Assembly: GCA_025361565.1 (NCBI GenBank)
Contig: JANYKN010000081.1
Coordinates: 13,353 to 77,352 of the forward strand
Source of the DNA: Bacteroidota bacterium
Lineage (GTDB): Bacteria > Bacteroidota > Bacteroidia > Bacteroidales > NBLH01
Direction: 5' to 3'
DNA: 64,000 nt
In this document: one piece after another, positions 9,400-19,080 of the stretch
How positions within the stretch are numbered: position 1 is the first letter of the stretch
How the letters are laid out: each line of letters starts with the position of its first letter
Program-made: the position numbers and the translations under genes
Notes under the pieces: model-generated
The model's database searches: none
What the model saw: the letters and a program-made list of their open reading frames with translations, nothing else
What the model was told of the DNA's origin: nothing

Positions 9400-10534
9400 T
9401 TATTTTAATGGTAAAAAAACAGTAATCCTTGTGCCTTTGCCCAATTCACTTTCAATCTTGATTTTTCCATTGTGCCGTTCAATGGATTTTTTAACTATGG
9501 CAAGCCCCAAACCTGTTCCTTGTATGGTTCCTACATTGTTCCCTCTCTGAAACGCGGTAAATATAGATTCAAGCTCTTTGTTGTCTATTCCAATTCCTGA
9601 ATCGATCACTTCAACAATTGCCTCAGAATCTGTATTGCTGATGTTGATGTGGATTGGGGCTTTATCATTTGAGAACTTTGAAGCATTTGTCAATAAATTA
9701 ACAAATATATTCTTACCCAATTCTTGATCTACAAATATGCTGCATTCATTTGCGTTTTCGCTTATCTTTATCTCATTTTTATGGTCGGTAGCAAAGCCAA
9801 TTTGTTCTATAATTGGATTGATAAATTCAAGGAATTTGATTTTTATCGGATAAATTTTTGTTTGTTTGGCTTCTGTTTTGCCCAATATCAGAACATCTTC
9901 CAATAATCCAGTCATGTGTTTGACTTGATTTTCAATTTTTTTTCAATTTTAGTTCAATATCGTCCCCGCTCAAACTTTTCCAATATTTACTTAAAAATCC
10001 GGTGGCAAAGTTTATGGTAGCCAGCGGTGTTCTGAATTCATGCGATGCAATTGATATAAAGGCGGATTTCAATACATTCAATTCCTTTTCTTTTTCGAGA
10101 TCTTTTTCCAATCTCAGATTTTCGGCATAAGCTTGGTGAATTTGCCTAAACCTATCAAGCCTTGTGATGGTTTTTATCCTTAACCGCAATTCCCTGCTGT
10201 TAATTGGTTTGGTTATAAAATCGTCGGCTCCCGATTCAATGCCTTCAATCCTTGATTCCTTGTCGTCGAGGGCGGTAACCAAAATAACCGGGATTTCAGC
10301 CAATACTTCATCAGCCCTAATTCTTTTACAAACTTCATATCCGTTCATACCGGGCATCATAATATCCAGCAATATTAAATCAGGTTTATATTTTCTTGTC
10401 ATTTCAAGTGTTTCAATACCATTTGAAGCAAAAAGCAAATTATAATTCTCCTTTATCAAAAGCGCTCCTAGAGTGTCCCTACCATTGGGTTCATCATCTG
10501 CTATTAATATTGTGCTTTTATTTATAGTGCTCAT
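9400..10534 (-). pseudogene. REC-HisKA-HATPase hybrid kinase split by one extra base in an A8 run
   Basis: ORF 9932-10534 carries REC and SHEFRTPL; ORF 9400-9915 carries the HATPase (NLLTNASKF, DSGIGI, GTGLGL). Removing one A from the run at 9936-9943 fuses them (LKKIENQVKHMTGLL). Confidence 0.8.
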
Positions 10535-13500
10535 TTATTTTTATTTATAGATAAGATTTCCTCTATTTTAATAACTAAATTTTTCAAGCTTAGCGGTTTT
10601 TTAATATATTCGTCTATGCCGGCATCAAAACATTTTTGCATATCCTCGGGCATGGCAAGGGCGGTTAAAGCAATTATTGGAACTTTCGCAATCTTCGGGT
10701 TGTCGTTTTTCCTTATTATTTTAGTGGCTTCAATTCCATCAAGTACCGGCATTTGAATATCCATCAGAATAATATCCGGACATTTTTCTTGTGCCAGGCT
10801 AACCGCTTCATTTCCATTACGTGCAACTAGTATTCTATAATTTAGATTTTTTAAATAATCGATTAACATATAAATATTGTTTTCGTTGTCTTCGGCAATT
10901 AAAACAAGCGCTTTATCACCTGCAGGTTCTTTAGCAATCACTGCTTTTTTTACATCGCTTATGGAATTATCATGGGTAGATTGCATCAAATTTCTTTTTT
11001 TCAAATCTTCATCAAAAATTGTAAATGTGGTGAGCGGAAGGGATATGGTGAACGAACTTCCCTGTGCCGGGGTACTTTCTACGGTTACGCATCCTCCATG
11101 CAATTCTGTAAGATTTTTAACCAATGTTAGTCCCAATCCTGTACCTGCATATTCCCTCGACAAGCTGCTGTCTATTTGAATAAAAGGCTTGAACAATTTA
11201 GTTAAACTCTCAGGACGAATTCCAATGCCGGTGTCCCAAACAGTAAAACTTATACTTTCGGCCAATTTATCTTCGCGAACTATTATTCCAATGGATCCAC
11301 CTGCCGGGGTGAATTTTACTGCATTGCTCAGTAAATTAATCAATATTTGTTTCAGTCGCCTTTCATCAGCCATCAAATGTTCGGTTAATGTTTCAACTTG
11401 AAGAGTATACTTAATATTTTTTTTAAGGGCTGCTTGTTTTATAAAATTTAAGCTTAGCTGGCAAATTGAAAGAATCGAAACCTGAAAAATTTCAAGCTCC
11501 ACTTTACCAGCGCTCACTTTGGCAATATCTAGAATATCATTTATCAAATCCAATAAATGCCGGCCACTGTCTTCGATTGTTTTTAATGATTTAAGCTGGG
11601 CATCGTTAATTGGGCCATAAACTTCTTCTTGCAGAACTTCCGACATGCCAAGAATTGCGTTTAGCGGTGTCCTCAACTCATGGCTCATATTGGCCAGAAA
11701 TTCATCTTTCATCCTAACGGCTTTGTACAATTCTGCATTGAGCTGGCTTAAATCTGAAGTACGCTCATCTACCCGTTTGCTCAGCAAAAGCTTTTCTTCT
11801 TTTAATTCTTCTTCAATTTTTTTACGCCGGCTTATATCTAGTTTTAAGGCTATAAAATGCGTTATTTGGTTATTTTTGTCTTTTATTGGCCCTATTATAG
11901 CATCTTCCCAATATAGCTCAGTGTTTTTCTTTTTGTTCAATAATTCGCTTTGCCATATTCCACCATTTTTTATAGTTTCCCAAAGCTCTTTATATTCATT
12001 CAAGTTTGTATGTCCCGATTTCAGGATTGAAGGATTCTTGCCCCGAACCTCTTCGAATGAATAGCCAGTAGATTCGGTAAATTTGGGGTTAATGAACTCA
12101 ATCTTTCCTTCCAAATCGGTAATTACCACAGAAACAGGACTTTGTTCAATACCTTTGGAAAGTTTTATAATCAGTTCATCTTTTTTTTGTCGTTCTGTAA
12201 TGTCGATAACTATTGCCAATAATAGTTTATCTTTGTTCTGTTCAATGATTTGCAAATGGATTTCAACAGGGTAATGGCTTGTATCCTTGCGTTTTATATT
12301 GGCTTCGAAAACAATTTTCCCGTATTCTTTTCTATCAATCGAATTTGTGATTTCGTTCAAAGTGTGCTTGCTGTAATCGAACAATAAATCAAATGCCGAC
12401 AGTTTCAGCAATTCATCTTTCGAATATCCGGTATTATGCACTGCACTTTCATTCACATATTTAATCTGGTTATTGCTTTGATCAACAATATATATTTCGT
12501 TTTGTGTGGCTTCCAAAACATTGAGTAACCTGCTCCGTTCGTTTTCAATGTTCCGTAAATTGGTGATATCTTTATAAATACACATGGTAGAGTCACTTCC
12601 ATCTATATTTTTGATTGGAAAATAAGATGCCAAATAAATGGCAGAGTCAAAAGGGTCGGTGATTTCGCGATGGTAAGTCAGCTTTTGGAAATTATTTGCA
12701 ACTTTGCAGTCTTTACAGGGCATATCCAAACCGAATAAGGCCTGGTGGCAATTATCTATGATATTCCTTTTTTTTGATTTTAGCTTAGCCGCTGGGTTCA
12801 TGTAAGTTATTGTGTTATCGGGCGATTTGATAATTACAATATCTTGGTTGGCCTCAAGCATGGCGCGATACTTTTCTTCACTTTTTTTAAGGGTTTTTTC
12901 CGTTTTTTTCTTTTCGGTAACATCCCTCCAAATGGATCTTGAATGGATAATATGGCCATTCTCGTCACATACTGCCGAATTGGTAAGCGAAACATCGATG
13001 ATACTGCCGTCTTTTTTGATTACTTCCAGTTCTGCACCTTTTAAAAATTTGGTCTTGTTAAAATAAGGGAATAAGATTTCTTTGGCATACTGGATTGATC
13101 CATGCGTATAAAAATTATAGATTTCCTTACCAACAAATTCTTCCCTCGTATATCCCATTTCATTGAGCAATGTTTGGTTGCAATTTGTGACTATTGCGGT
13201 TTTTGGATCAATTGACAAAAACATGTCCGGAGCATGATCATACAAATCTTGGTATTTTGCTTCCGATTTTTTTAAATCTTCAAGTGCTTGGTTTTTCTCG
13301 CCGATCTCTTCTTTTAATTTCATTGCACTGTTTATGGCAGGAACCAGCCTTACCAGTTTATCTTTTAAAATATAATCCCATGCTCCAGATTTAAGGCTTT
13401 TTACGGCTGTTTCTTCATCCAGGTGACCTGTAACCAATAAGAATGGAGTTTCGACGCAAGTGATTTTGACAATTTCCAAAGCTTCAAGCCCATTGAAGTT

Positions 13501-13683
13501 TGGAAGATTATAATCAGATAAAACGATATCCGGTTTAAATTGAGAAAGTTCCTTCGTAAAACTTTCTTTATTATCGGAAATTTTTAACAAATAATCCAAA
13601 TTTGCTTTTTTCAGCTCATAATTAACCAATTCAGCATCAGTTGAATTATCTTCCAGTAATAATATTTTTAAAACGCTTGTCAT
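10531..13683 (-). CDS. Hybrid histidine kinase REC-PAS(x4)-HisKA-HATPase-REC
   Basis: N-terminal REC (LLEDN, SDYNLP); PAS repeats; FLANMSHELRTPLN; NLLSNAVKF; GTGLGL; C-terminal REC (IAEDN, MDIQMP). Confidence 0.93.
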   Translation of the reverse strand: MTSVLKILLLEDNSTDAELVNYELKKANLDYLLKISDNKESFTKELSQFKPDIVLSDYNLPNFNGLEALEIVKITCVETPFLLVTGHLDEETAVKSLKSGAWDYILKDKLVRLVPAINSAMKLKEEIGEKNQALEDLKKSEAKYQDLYDHAPDMFLSIDPKTAIVTNCNQTLLNEMGYTREEFVGKEIYNFYTHGSIQYAKEILFPYFNKTKFLKGAELEVIKKDGSIIDVSLTNSAVCDENGHIIHSRSIWRDVTEKKKTEKTLKKSEEKYRAMLEANQDIVIIKSPDNTITYMNPAAKLKSKKRNIIDNCHQALFGLDMPCKDCKVANNFQKLTYHREITDPFDSAIYLASYFPIKNIDGSDSTMCIYKDITNLRNIENERSRLLNVLEATQNEIYIVDQSNNQIKYVNESAVHNTGYSKDELLKLSAFDLLFDYSKHTLNEITNSIDRKEYGKIVFEANIKRKDTSHYPVEIHLQIIEQNKDKLLLAIVIDITERQKKDELIIKLSKGIEQSPVSVVITDLEGKIEFINPKFTESTGYSFEEVRGKNPSILKSGHTNLNEYKELWETIKNGGIWQSELLNKKKNTELYWEDAIIGPIKDKNNQITHFIALKLDISRRKKIEEELKEEKLLLSKRVDERTSDLSQLNAELYKAVRMKDEFLANMSHELRTPLNAILGMSEVLQEEVYGPINDAQLKSLKTIEDSGRHLLDLINDILDIAKVSAGKVELEIFQVSILSICQLSLNFIKQAALKKNIKYTLQVETLTEHLMADERRLKQILINLLSNAVKFTPAGGSIGIIVREDKLAESISFTVWDTGIGIRPESLTKLFKPFIQIDSSLSREYAGTGLGLTLVKNLTELHGGCVTVESTPAQGSSFTISLPLTTFTIFDEDLKKRNLMQSTHDNSISDVKKAVIAKEPAGDKALVLIAEDNENNIYMLIDYLKNLNYRILVARNGNEAVSLAQEKCPDIILMDIQMPVLDGIEATKIIRKNDNPKIAKVPIIALTALAMPEDMQKCFDAGIDEYIKKPLSLKNLVIKIEEILSINKNK

Positions 13684-13710
13684 TTTACGATGATGTTGTT
13701 GGAAATGAAA

Positions 13711-15297
13711 TCAAATATGTGTCGAGTAATGTTTATGTTTAATCGGTTCAATATAAATCTCTGTTCTGTTTTTAAAACATGGAAATTTGAAAAAAAAGCT
13801 TGAACCTACATCTTTTGATGATTGAAACCAAATTTTACCTCCCAATAATTCAACCAGGGCTTTAGTTATACTTAATCCCAACCCTGTGCCTTCCTTAAAA
13901 CTTTTATCATCAGCCTGCCTGAATGGCTCAAATATGAATTCTTTATCTAATTCCTGAATACCTACACCTGTATCTTTAATATAAAACTCAATTTCATCAT
14001 TTCCAGTTGTCTTAACTATCTTACAACCAAATTCCACAAAACCCTTGTCCGTATATTTAAGACTGTTGATTATCAGATTGTCACATATCTGTACGAATCT
14101 TTTTGGATCTGTTTTTAAGCTGTATTCTTTAAAATCATTTGGAAAAGAAAATTGCAATTCAACTTGTGGATTATCAGTGTAAAGTTTACTTTGTAATTGA
14201 TTTTCTATCAATTGATCAACAATTGGTTTAAGCCTGACAGTTTCAATAAAAAGTTCCAGTTGATTAGATTCAATCTTCGAAATATCAAGCAGATCGTCAA
14301 CAATATGCAACAATTGCTTTCCTGAAGCATTTATAATTTCGGTAAATTGGAGTTTGTTCACTTCCGTCAGGATCCTTTTGTTCAACAAATCCGAATACCC
14401 TTGAATTGCATTCATTGGCGTGCGAATTTCGTGAGATATATTATGTAGAAATGCTGTTTTTAGACGGCTACTTTCTTCTGCCTTATCTTTTGCATGTATC
14501 AGTTCAATTTCAATTTTTTTCCTTTCCGAAATATCTTTGTGCGAACCTGAAATTCGGCATGCTTTGCCTGAGTTGTCATATATTGCTTTTCCCAGTCCCA
14601 AAATCCATCTATAAGAACCGTCCTTACACTTCATCCTAAATTCGGCTTGGTATTGTGGTATTTCCCCATTTAAATGTTTGTGGAATGCCAATAACGTTGC
14701 TTCTTTATCTTCGAGATGAATTAAATTTATCCAGGAGCTACAATTATCATCAAAATCTTGAACATCAAATCCCAACATCGATTTATACCTGGGCGAATAA
14801 TAGCATTCTCCAGTTTTAAGATCCTGGTCCCAAATACCTTCCATAGTTCCATCAACAGCCAACGAAAAGCGTTCCTCGCTCTTTTTTAGTTTTTCCAACG
14901 CCAAAGCTTTTTCTTCTTTTTCTTTTTTCAACTCCAGTGCATTTTTTATTACAATGTCCAAACGCACCAGCCTATCTTTAAGTATATAATCCCAGGCTCC
15001 CAATTTGATTGTTTCAGCTGCAGTTTCTTCGTCCAGATTGCCTGTAACAATTATAAATGGTACCAAAGGGCATTTTTGTTTAACAATTTCAAGCGCATCC
15101 AAACCAGTGAATGACATTAAGTTATAATCCGAAAGCACAATGTCCGGTTTTGAATGATGAACACTTTCGACAAAGGCGATAAGACTTGAAACATGTGTCC
15201 AATTAAAAACCAATCCGCTTTTGACAACTTGCCAATAGATTAATTGGGCATCGTTAAGATTGTCCTCTAACAACAATATATTTAATGATTTGGTCAT
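13711..15297 (-). CDS. REC-PAS-HisKA-HATPase hybrid kinase
   Basis: LLEDN/SDYNL receiver; PAS_3; FLHNISHEIRTPMN; DTGVGI; GTGLGL. Confidence 0.92.
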   Translation of the reverse strand: MTKSLNILLLEDNLNDAQLIYWQVVKSGLVFNWTHVSSLIAFVESVHHSKPDIVLSDYNLMSFTGLDALEIVKQKCPLVPFIIVTGNLDEETAAETIKLGAWDYILKDRLVRLDIVIKNALELKKEKEEKALALEKLKKSEERFSLAVDGTMEGIWDQDLKTGECYYSPRYKSMLGFDVQDFDDNCSSWINLIHLEDKEATLLAFHKHLNGEIPQYQAEFRMKCKDGSYRWILGLGKAIYDNSGKACRISGSHKDISERKKIEIELIHAKDKAEESSRLKTAFLHNISHEIRTPMNAIQGYSDLLNKRILTEVNKLQFTEIINASGKQLLHIVDDLLDISKIESNQLELFIETVRLKPIVDQLIENQLQSKLYTDNPQVELQFSFPNDFKEYSLKTDPKRFVQICDNLIINSLKYTDKGFVEFGCKIVKTTGNDEIEFYIKDTGVGIQELDKEFIFEPFRQADDKSFKEGTGLGLSITKALVELLGGKIWFQSSKDVGSSFFFKFPCFKNRTEIYIEPIKHKHYSTHI

Positions 15298-15465
15298 GAT
15301 GTGTTGTTATTAATTGTTGATTTTCTTGTAATAACTTTGATTTTAATCTTGACAAACATCTCGGAAAATTTCTATACGATTGCAGGTATTTGATGACAAT
15401 TTTCCTAAATTACTAATTTTGTATGATCCATAAAAATTTTATACAAATAATCATACTAAACAAAA

Positions 15466-15897
15466 TCATTTATTTAAATTTTTACTCTGATTGTAAAATA
15501 TTCGTTCATTTCCTCTATTATAAATCCTACCACCAAATTTTAGCTTTTTTTTTACATAATTAGTAAATCCACCATTGTTCAATTCATTGAATTGTAAGAT
15601 TTGTGAATTAAAAAATAAAAAAGAATTCAAATTGTCGTTTCCAATTAAAGTTGCGATTAAAATAAAAGGTATTTTATTGATTAGCGGGCACTTTCTTATC
15701 TCTTTTCGAAATTGAATTCCAGAAAGATGAGGCAATTCCATATTCGCAATTATTAAATCGGGCACTTCCTCAATTGCCAGCTCCCATCCATCCCATCCAT
15801 TTGATGCTTCAATTAAATTGAAGTTTTCCGAAAGAAGAGCTTTCCGAATCTGTTCAACCACAGACTTGTTATTCTCCACAATTAGAATTTTTTTCAT
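15466..15897 (-). CDS. Atypical (pseudo-)receiver domain protein
   Basis: REC fold motifs are present, but the phospho-acceptor position reads DLIIANMELP (Asn) and no KP motif is recognisable. Confidence 0.75.
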   Translation of the reverse strand: MKKILIVENNKSVVEQIRKALLSENFNLIEASNGWDGWELAIEEVPDLIIANMELPHLSGIQFRKEIRKCPLINKIPFILIATLIGNDNLNSFLFFNSQILQFNELNNGGFTNYVKKKLKFGGRIYNRGNERIFYNQSKNLNK

Positions 15898-15961
15898 ATC
15901 GGATAATTTTTAATAATATCCAGAAACAAACCTACCTTTAAGAGTGAATACAATACTATAA

Positions 15962-15969
15962 CAAAGGTA
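15962..15969 (-). promoter_or_regulatory. Bacteroidota -7 promoter element for the minus-strand signalling genes
   Basis: TACCTTTG matches TAnnTTTG, ~65 bp upstream of the 15897 start. Confidence 0.55.
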
Positions 15970-16237
15970 TTTTGATAGTTTGAAATACATTCAGGCAGAT
16001 TTACTTAATAATACAGTCGAAGAGGGAATAGGTGTTTTTACCTAATTGATGAAAAATGCAGAAATTAAACTATTTACCATTGGTTTTTAGATGAATCTAT
16101 TACGCATGGTTAAATACACATATAGCAAAATAACAAAATTTCCAATAAAAATGGGATGCAAGAATATTATGGGGTCAAGCAGATTGGATAGCGTCGAATA
16201 AAAATGATTTGCCACAATGCATGCAAATGCTAAAAAC

Positions 16238-16264
16238 AAAAAAGACATGCATCTCTGCAAGTCT
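16238..16264 (-). terminator. Intrinsic terminator after the tRNA pair
   Basis: Minus strand reads AGACTTGCA-gaga-TGCATGTCT followed by a T run. Confidence 0.6.
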
Positions 16265-16277
16265 CTCATTTTCAGTG

Positions 16278-16352
16278 TCGGGGTGGTAGGATTCGAACCT
16301 ACGACCTCCTGCTCCCAAAGCAGGCGCGCTAACCAAGCTACGCTACACCCCG
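16278..16352 (-). tRNA. tRNA-Pro(UGG), CCA not encoded
   Basis: CGGGGTGTAGCGTAGCTTGGTTAGCGCGCCTGCT-TTGGGA-GCAGGAGGTCGTAGGTTCGAATCCTACCACCCCGA; cloverleaf with TGG anticodon. Confidence 0.96.
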
Positions 16353-16385
16353 ATAATATGTTTTTCAAATCTTTTTCCCTCCACT

Positions 16386-16473
<88 letters not shown>

Positions 16474-16485
16474 GGAAAGGCGATG

Positions 16486-16516
16486 CAAAAGTATAAAATA
16501 GATTGGCATTACCAAA
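16486..16516 (-). promoter_or_regulatory. sigma70 promoter of tRNA-Ser/tRNA-Pro
   Basis: -33 TTTG (16513-16516), 19-nt spacer, -7 TACTTTTG (16486-16493). Confidence 0.75.
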
Positions 16517-16973
16517 ATTTTATGAATAAATATTAAATTAATTAATCGATTCTTCTCAATCTCCAGCAAACTGCTTATAAAATTGTGGAAACTGGGCTAT
16601 TTCTGATTATTATTTGTTACTCAATTTGAACATTTCATTAAATTAGTCGTTCAGATAATTGAAAATATTTCAAATACAACAATAAATAAAATTCATAAAT
16701 TTATTGTTGAGTAATATTTATTAAGACAATTAAGTTCCAAGAACTATAACAAAGTCATTACATCATTGAATTTTCAATGAAATTTTCAAAAAAAAATCAA
16801 TTTAGGCAATAAAGTTTTTTATTAAAATGCTCATCCAATTCGTTTATTAATTTTAATTAATAATCTTTTTTAATTATATTAGGCTCAATTTTAAATGGTA
16901 TATTAGAAAATATTTTTTTATAAATATGTAATGTAATTATTTATCGGTTTTGCAGCCCAATCGACCTAAAACC

Positions 16974-17828
16974 ATGCGCCAACTCAAAATCACAAAACAA
17001 GTAACGAACCGCGAAGCGGCATCACTAGACAAATATCTTCAGGAAATTGGAAAAATTGAACTTCTTACTTCAGATGAAGAAGTTGAACTTGCTCGAAAAA
17101 TCCAACAAAATGATGACCATGCGCTAAATAAGCTGATAAGAGCAAATCTTCGTTTTGTTGTTTCCGTCTCAAAACAATACCAAAATCAAGGCCTAACTCT
17201 TCCCGATTTAATCAATGAAGGGAATATTGGCCTTATAAAAGCAGCCAAGCGGTTCGATGAAACAAAAGGCTTTAAATTTATTTCTTATGCAGTATGGTGG
17301 ATTAGACAATCCATTCTTCAAGCACTGGCCGAACAAGCCAGAATTGTCAGGCTACCTTTAAATAAAATTGGTTCAATCAACAAGATTAATGCTGCTTTTG
17401 CAAAACTTGAACAGGAATTTGAGCGAACACCAACCCCAGAAGAAATAGCTAAAGACCTCGATCTTGAAGTCTTTGATATAAAACACATTATCAATAATAC
17501 TGGTCACCATCTATCTATGGATGCTCCAATTAGTCAGGAAGATGATAATAATCTTTATGATATCATGTTGAGCAAAGATAGTCTCAGCCCGGAAAATGAT
17601 CTGTTAAAAGAATCATTAAACAAGGAAATTGAACGTATTTTATCTACGTTAACTAATCGCGAAGCTGAAATTATTAGACTCTATTATGGTATTAACAATC
17701 GCAATGCCTTAACTTTAGAAGAGATCGGAGAGAAATTCGATCTTACTAGAGAACGTGTTAGGCAAATCAAAGGGAAAGTAATTAAAGTGTTAAAATCACG
17801 CAGTAAAATATTAAGATCTTATCTTTAA
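16974..17828 (+). CDS. rpoD: RpoD/SigA-family sigma70 factor, Bacteroidota type lacking region 1.1 (possibly a paralog of the primary sigma)
   Basis: [45 protein letters not shown]...[12 protein letters not shown] 16974 is preferred as the start. Confidence 0.85.
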   Translation: MRQLKITKQVTNREAASLDKYLQEIGKIELLTSDEEVELARKIQQNDDHALNKLIRANLRFVVSVSKQYQNQGLTLPDLINEGNIGLIKAAKRFDETKGFKFISYAVWWIRQSILQALAEQARIVRLPLNKIGSINKINAAFAKLEQEFERTPTPEEIAKDLDLEVFDIKHIINNTGHHLSMDAPISQEDDNNLYDIMLSKDSLSPENDLLKESLNKEIERILSTLTNREAEIIRLYYGINNRNALTLEEIGEKFDLTRERVRQIKGKVIKVLKSRSKILRSYL

Positions 17829-17893
17829 TCAAAAGAATTTGAATTTCTTTAGATTTTTTATTACTTTCATTTTCAAAATTTAATACAAACAAT

Positions 17894-19000
17894 ATGGGAT
17901 TATTTGATAAAATAAAAGGCGAATTAATTGACATTATTGAATGGCTCGACTCGTCATCCGATACAATGGTTTACCGTTTTGAGCGGAAGGATAATGAAAT
18001 AAAGAACGGTGCTCAACTAACTGTGAGGGAATCACAGGTTGCAGTTTTTATCAATGAAGGTGAAATTGGTGATGTTTTCCCTCCTGGAAGGTATCAGTTA
18101 ACTACTCAAAACCTTCCAATATTAACCACGTTAAAAGGTTGGAAATACGGTTTCAACAGCCCATTTAAAGCTGAAGTATATTTTATTAACACAAAGCGTT
18201 TTACTGATCAAAAGTGGGGCACTCCTAATGTTTTCTATATTCGTGATGCGGATTTTGGAAGAGTTAGCCTTCGCGCTTTTGGAACCTACACTATGAAAGT
18301 AACGGATCCTGTTAAATTCATTAAAGAAGTAGCTGGAACATCGGGTGATTTTACCACCGATCAAATTAAGAATGAAATGCGAAGTCTTATTGTGACCCGT
18401 TTTATTGATGCAATCGGGGAAAGTAAACTGGCTCTTCTTGATTTTGCTCAAAATTATAAAGATTTATCTGACTTCTGTCAACAGAAACTTGGAGGTGAAT
18501 TTTCCGAATATGGACTTGAAATAACGAAATTCCTTATTTCAAGCATCAGTCTTCCTGAAGAACTTCAGAAAAAATTGGATGAAGGTACTGGAATGAATAT
18601 GTTGGGAGATATCAATAAATATGCTCAGATGAAAGGCGCTGATGCAATGAGCAATGCAGCCAATAATCAAAATGGAGGAGGTGGAGTTGAAGGTATGATG
18701 GGAATGGCAATGATGCAGCAAATGATGAATCAGCAAAATCAACAAAATCAACAAAATCAAAAGCAAACAGTAAATAATCCTCCACCCCCTCCTCCTGGTC
18801 TAAACTTTTTTGTTTCAATTGGTGGACAACAAGCAGGACCCTTCGATATGAACACTTTAAAACAGATGATTGCACAAAATCAAATCAATAAGGAAACTTA
18901 TGTCTGGAAAGAGGGGATGCCAAATTGGATGGCTGCAGGTCAGGTTTCTGAAGTTGCCGCATTATTTGGTGCAGTTCCGCCTCCGCCTCCACCTCAATAG
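17894..19000 (+). CDS. SPFH/band-7 domain protein (YdjI-like) with C-terminal GYF_2 (DUF4339) domain
   Basis: LTVRESQVAVF, SPFKAEVYF, KWGT motifs; Q/P-rich linker; GQQAGPF...TYVWKEGMPNW. Confidence 0.85.
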   Translation: MGLFDKIKGELIDIIEWLDSSSDTMVYRFERKDNEIKNGAQLTVRESQVAVFINEGEIGDVFPPGRYQLTTQNLPILTTLKGWKYGFNSPFKAEVYFINTKRFTDQKWGTPNVFYIRDADFGRVSLRAFGTYTMKVTDPVKFIKEVAGTSGDFTTDQIKNEMRSLIVTRFIDAIGESKLALLDFAQNYKDLSDFCQQKLGGEFSEYGLEITKFLISSISLPEELQKKLDEGTGMNMLGDINKYAQMKGADAMSNAANNQNGGGGVEGMMGMAMMQQMMNQQNQQNQQNQKQTVNNPPPPPPGLNFFVSIGGQQAGPFDMNTLKQMIAQNQINKETYVWKEGMPNWMAAGQVSEVAALFGAVPPPPPPQ

Positions 19001-19023
19001 TTAATTATTCACTTCGCCTAATC

Positions 19024-19054
19024 AGAGATTATGAAAATTCATAATCTCTTTTTT
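19024..19054 (+). terminator. Hairpin plus U-tract between the SPFH and zinc-ribbon genes
   Basis: AGAGATTATGAA-aa-TTCATAATCTCT followed by a T run. Confidence 0.6.
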
Positions 19055-19080
19055 CTACCTTTTAATTAATAACTTGATAC

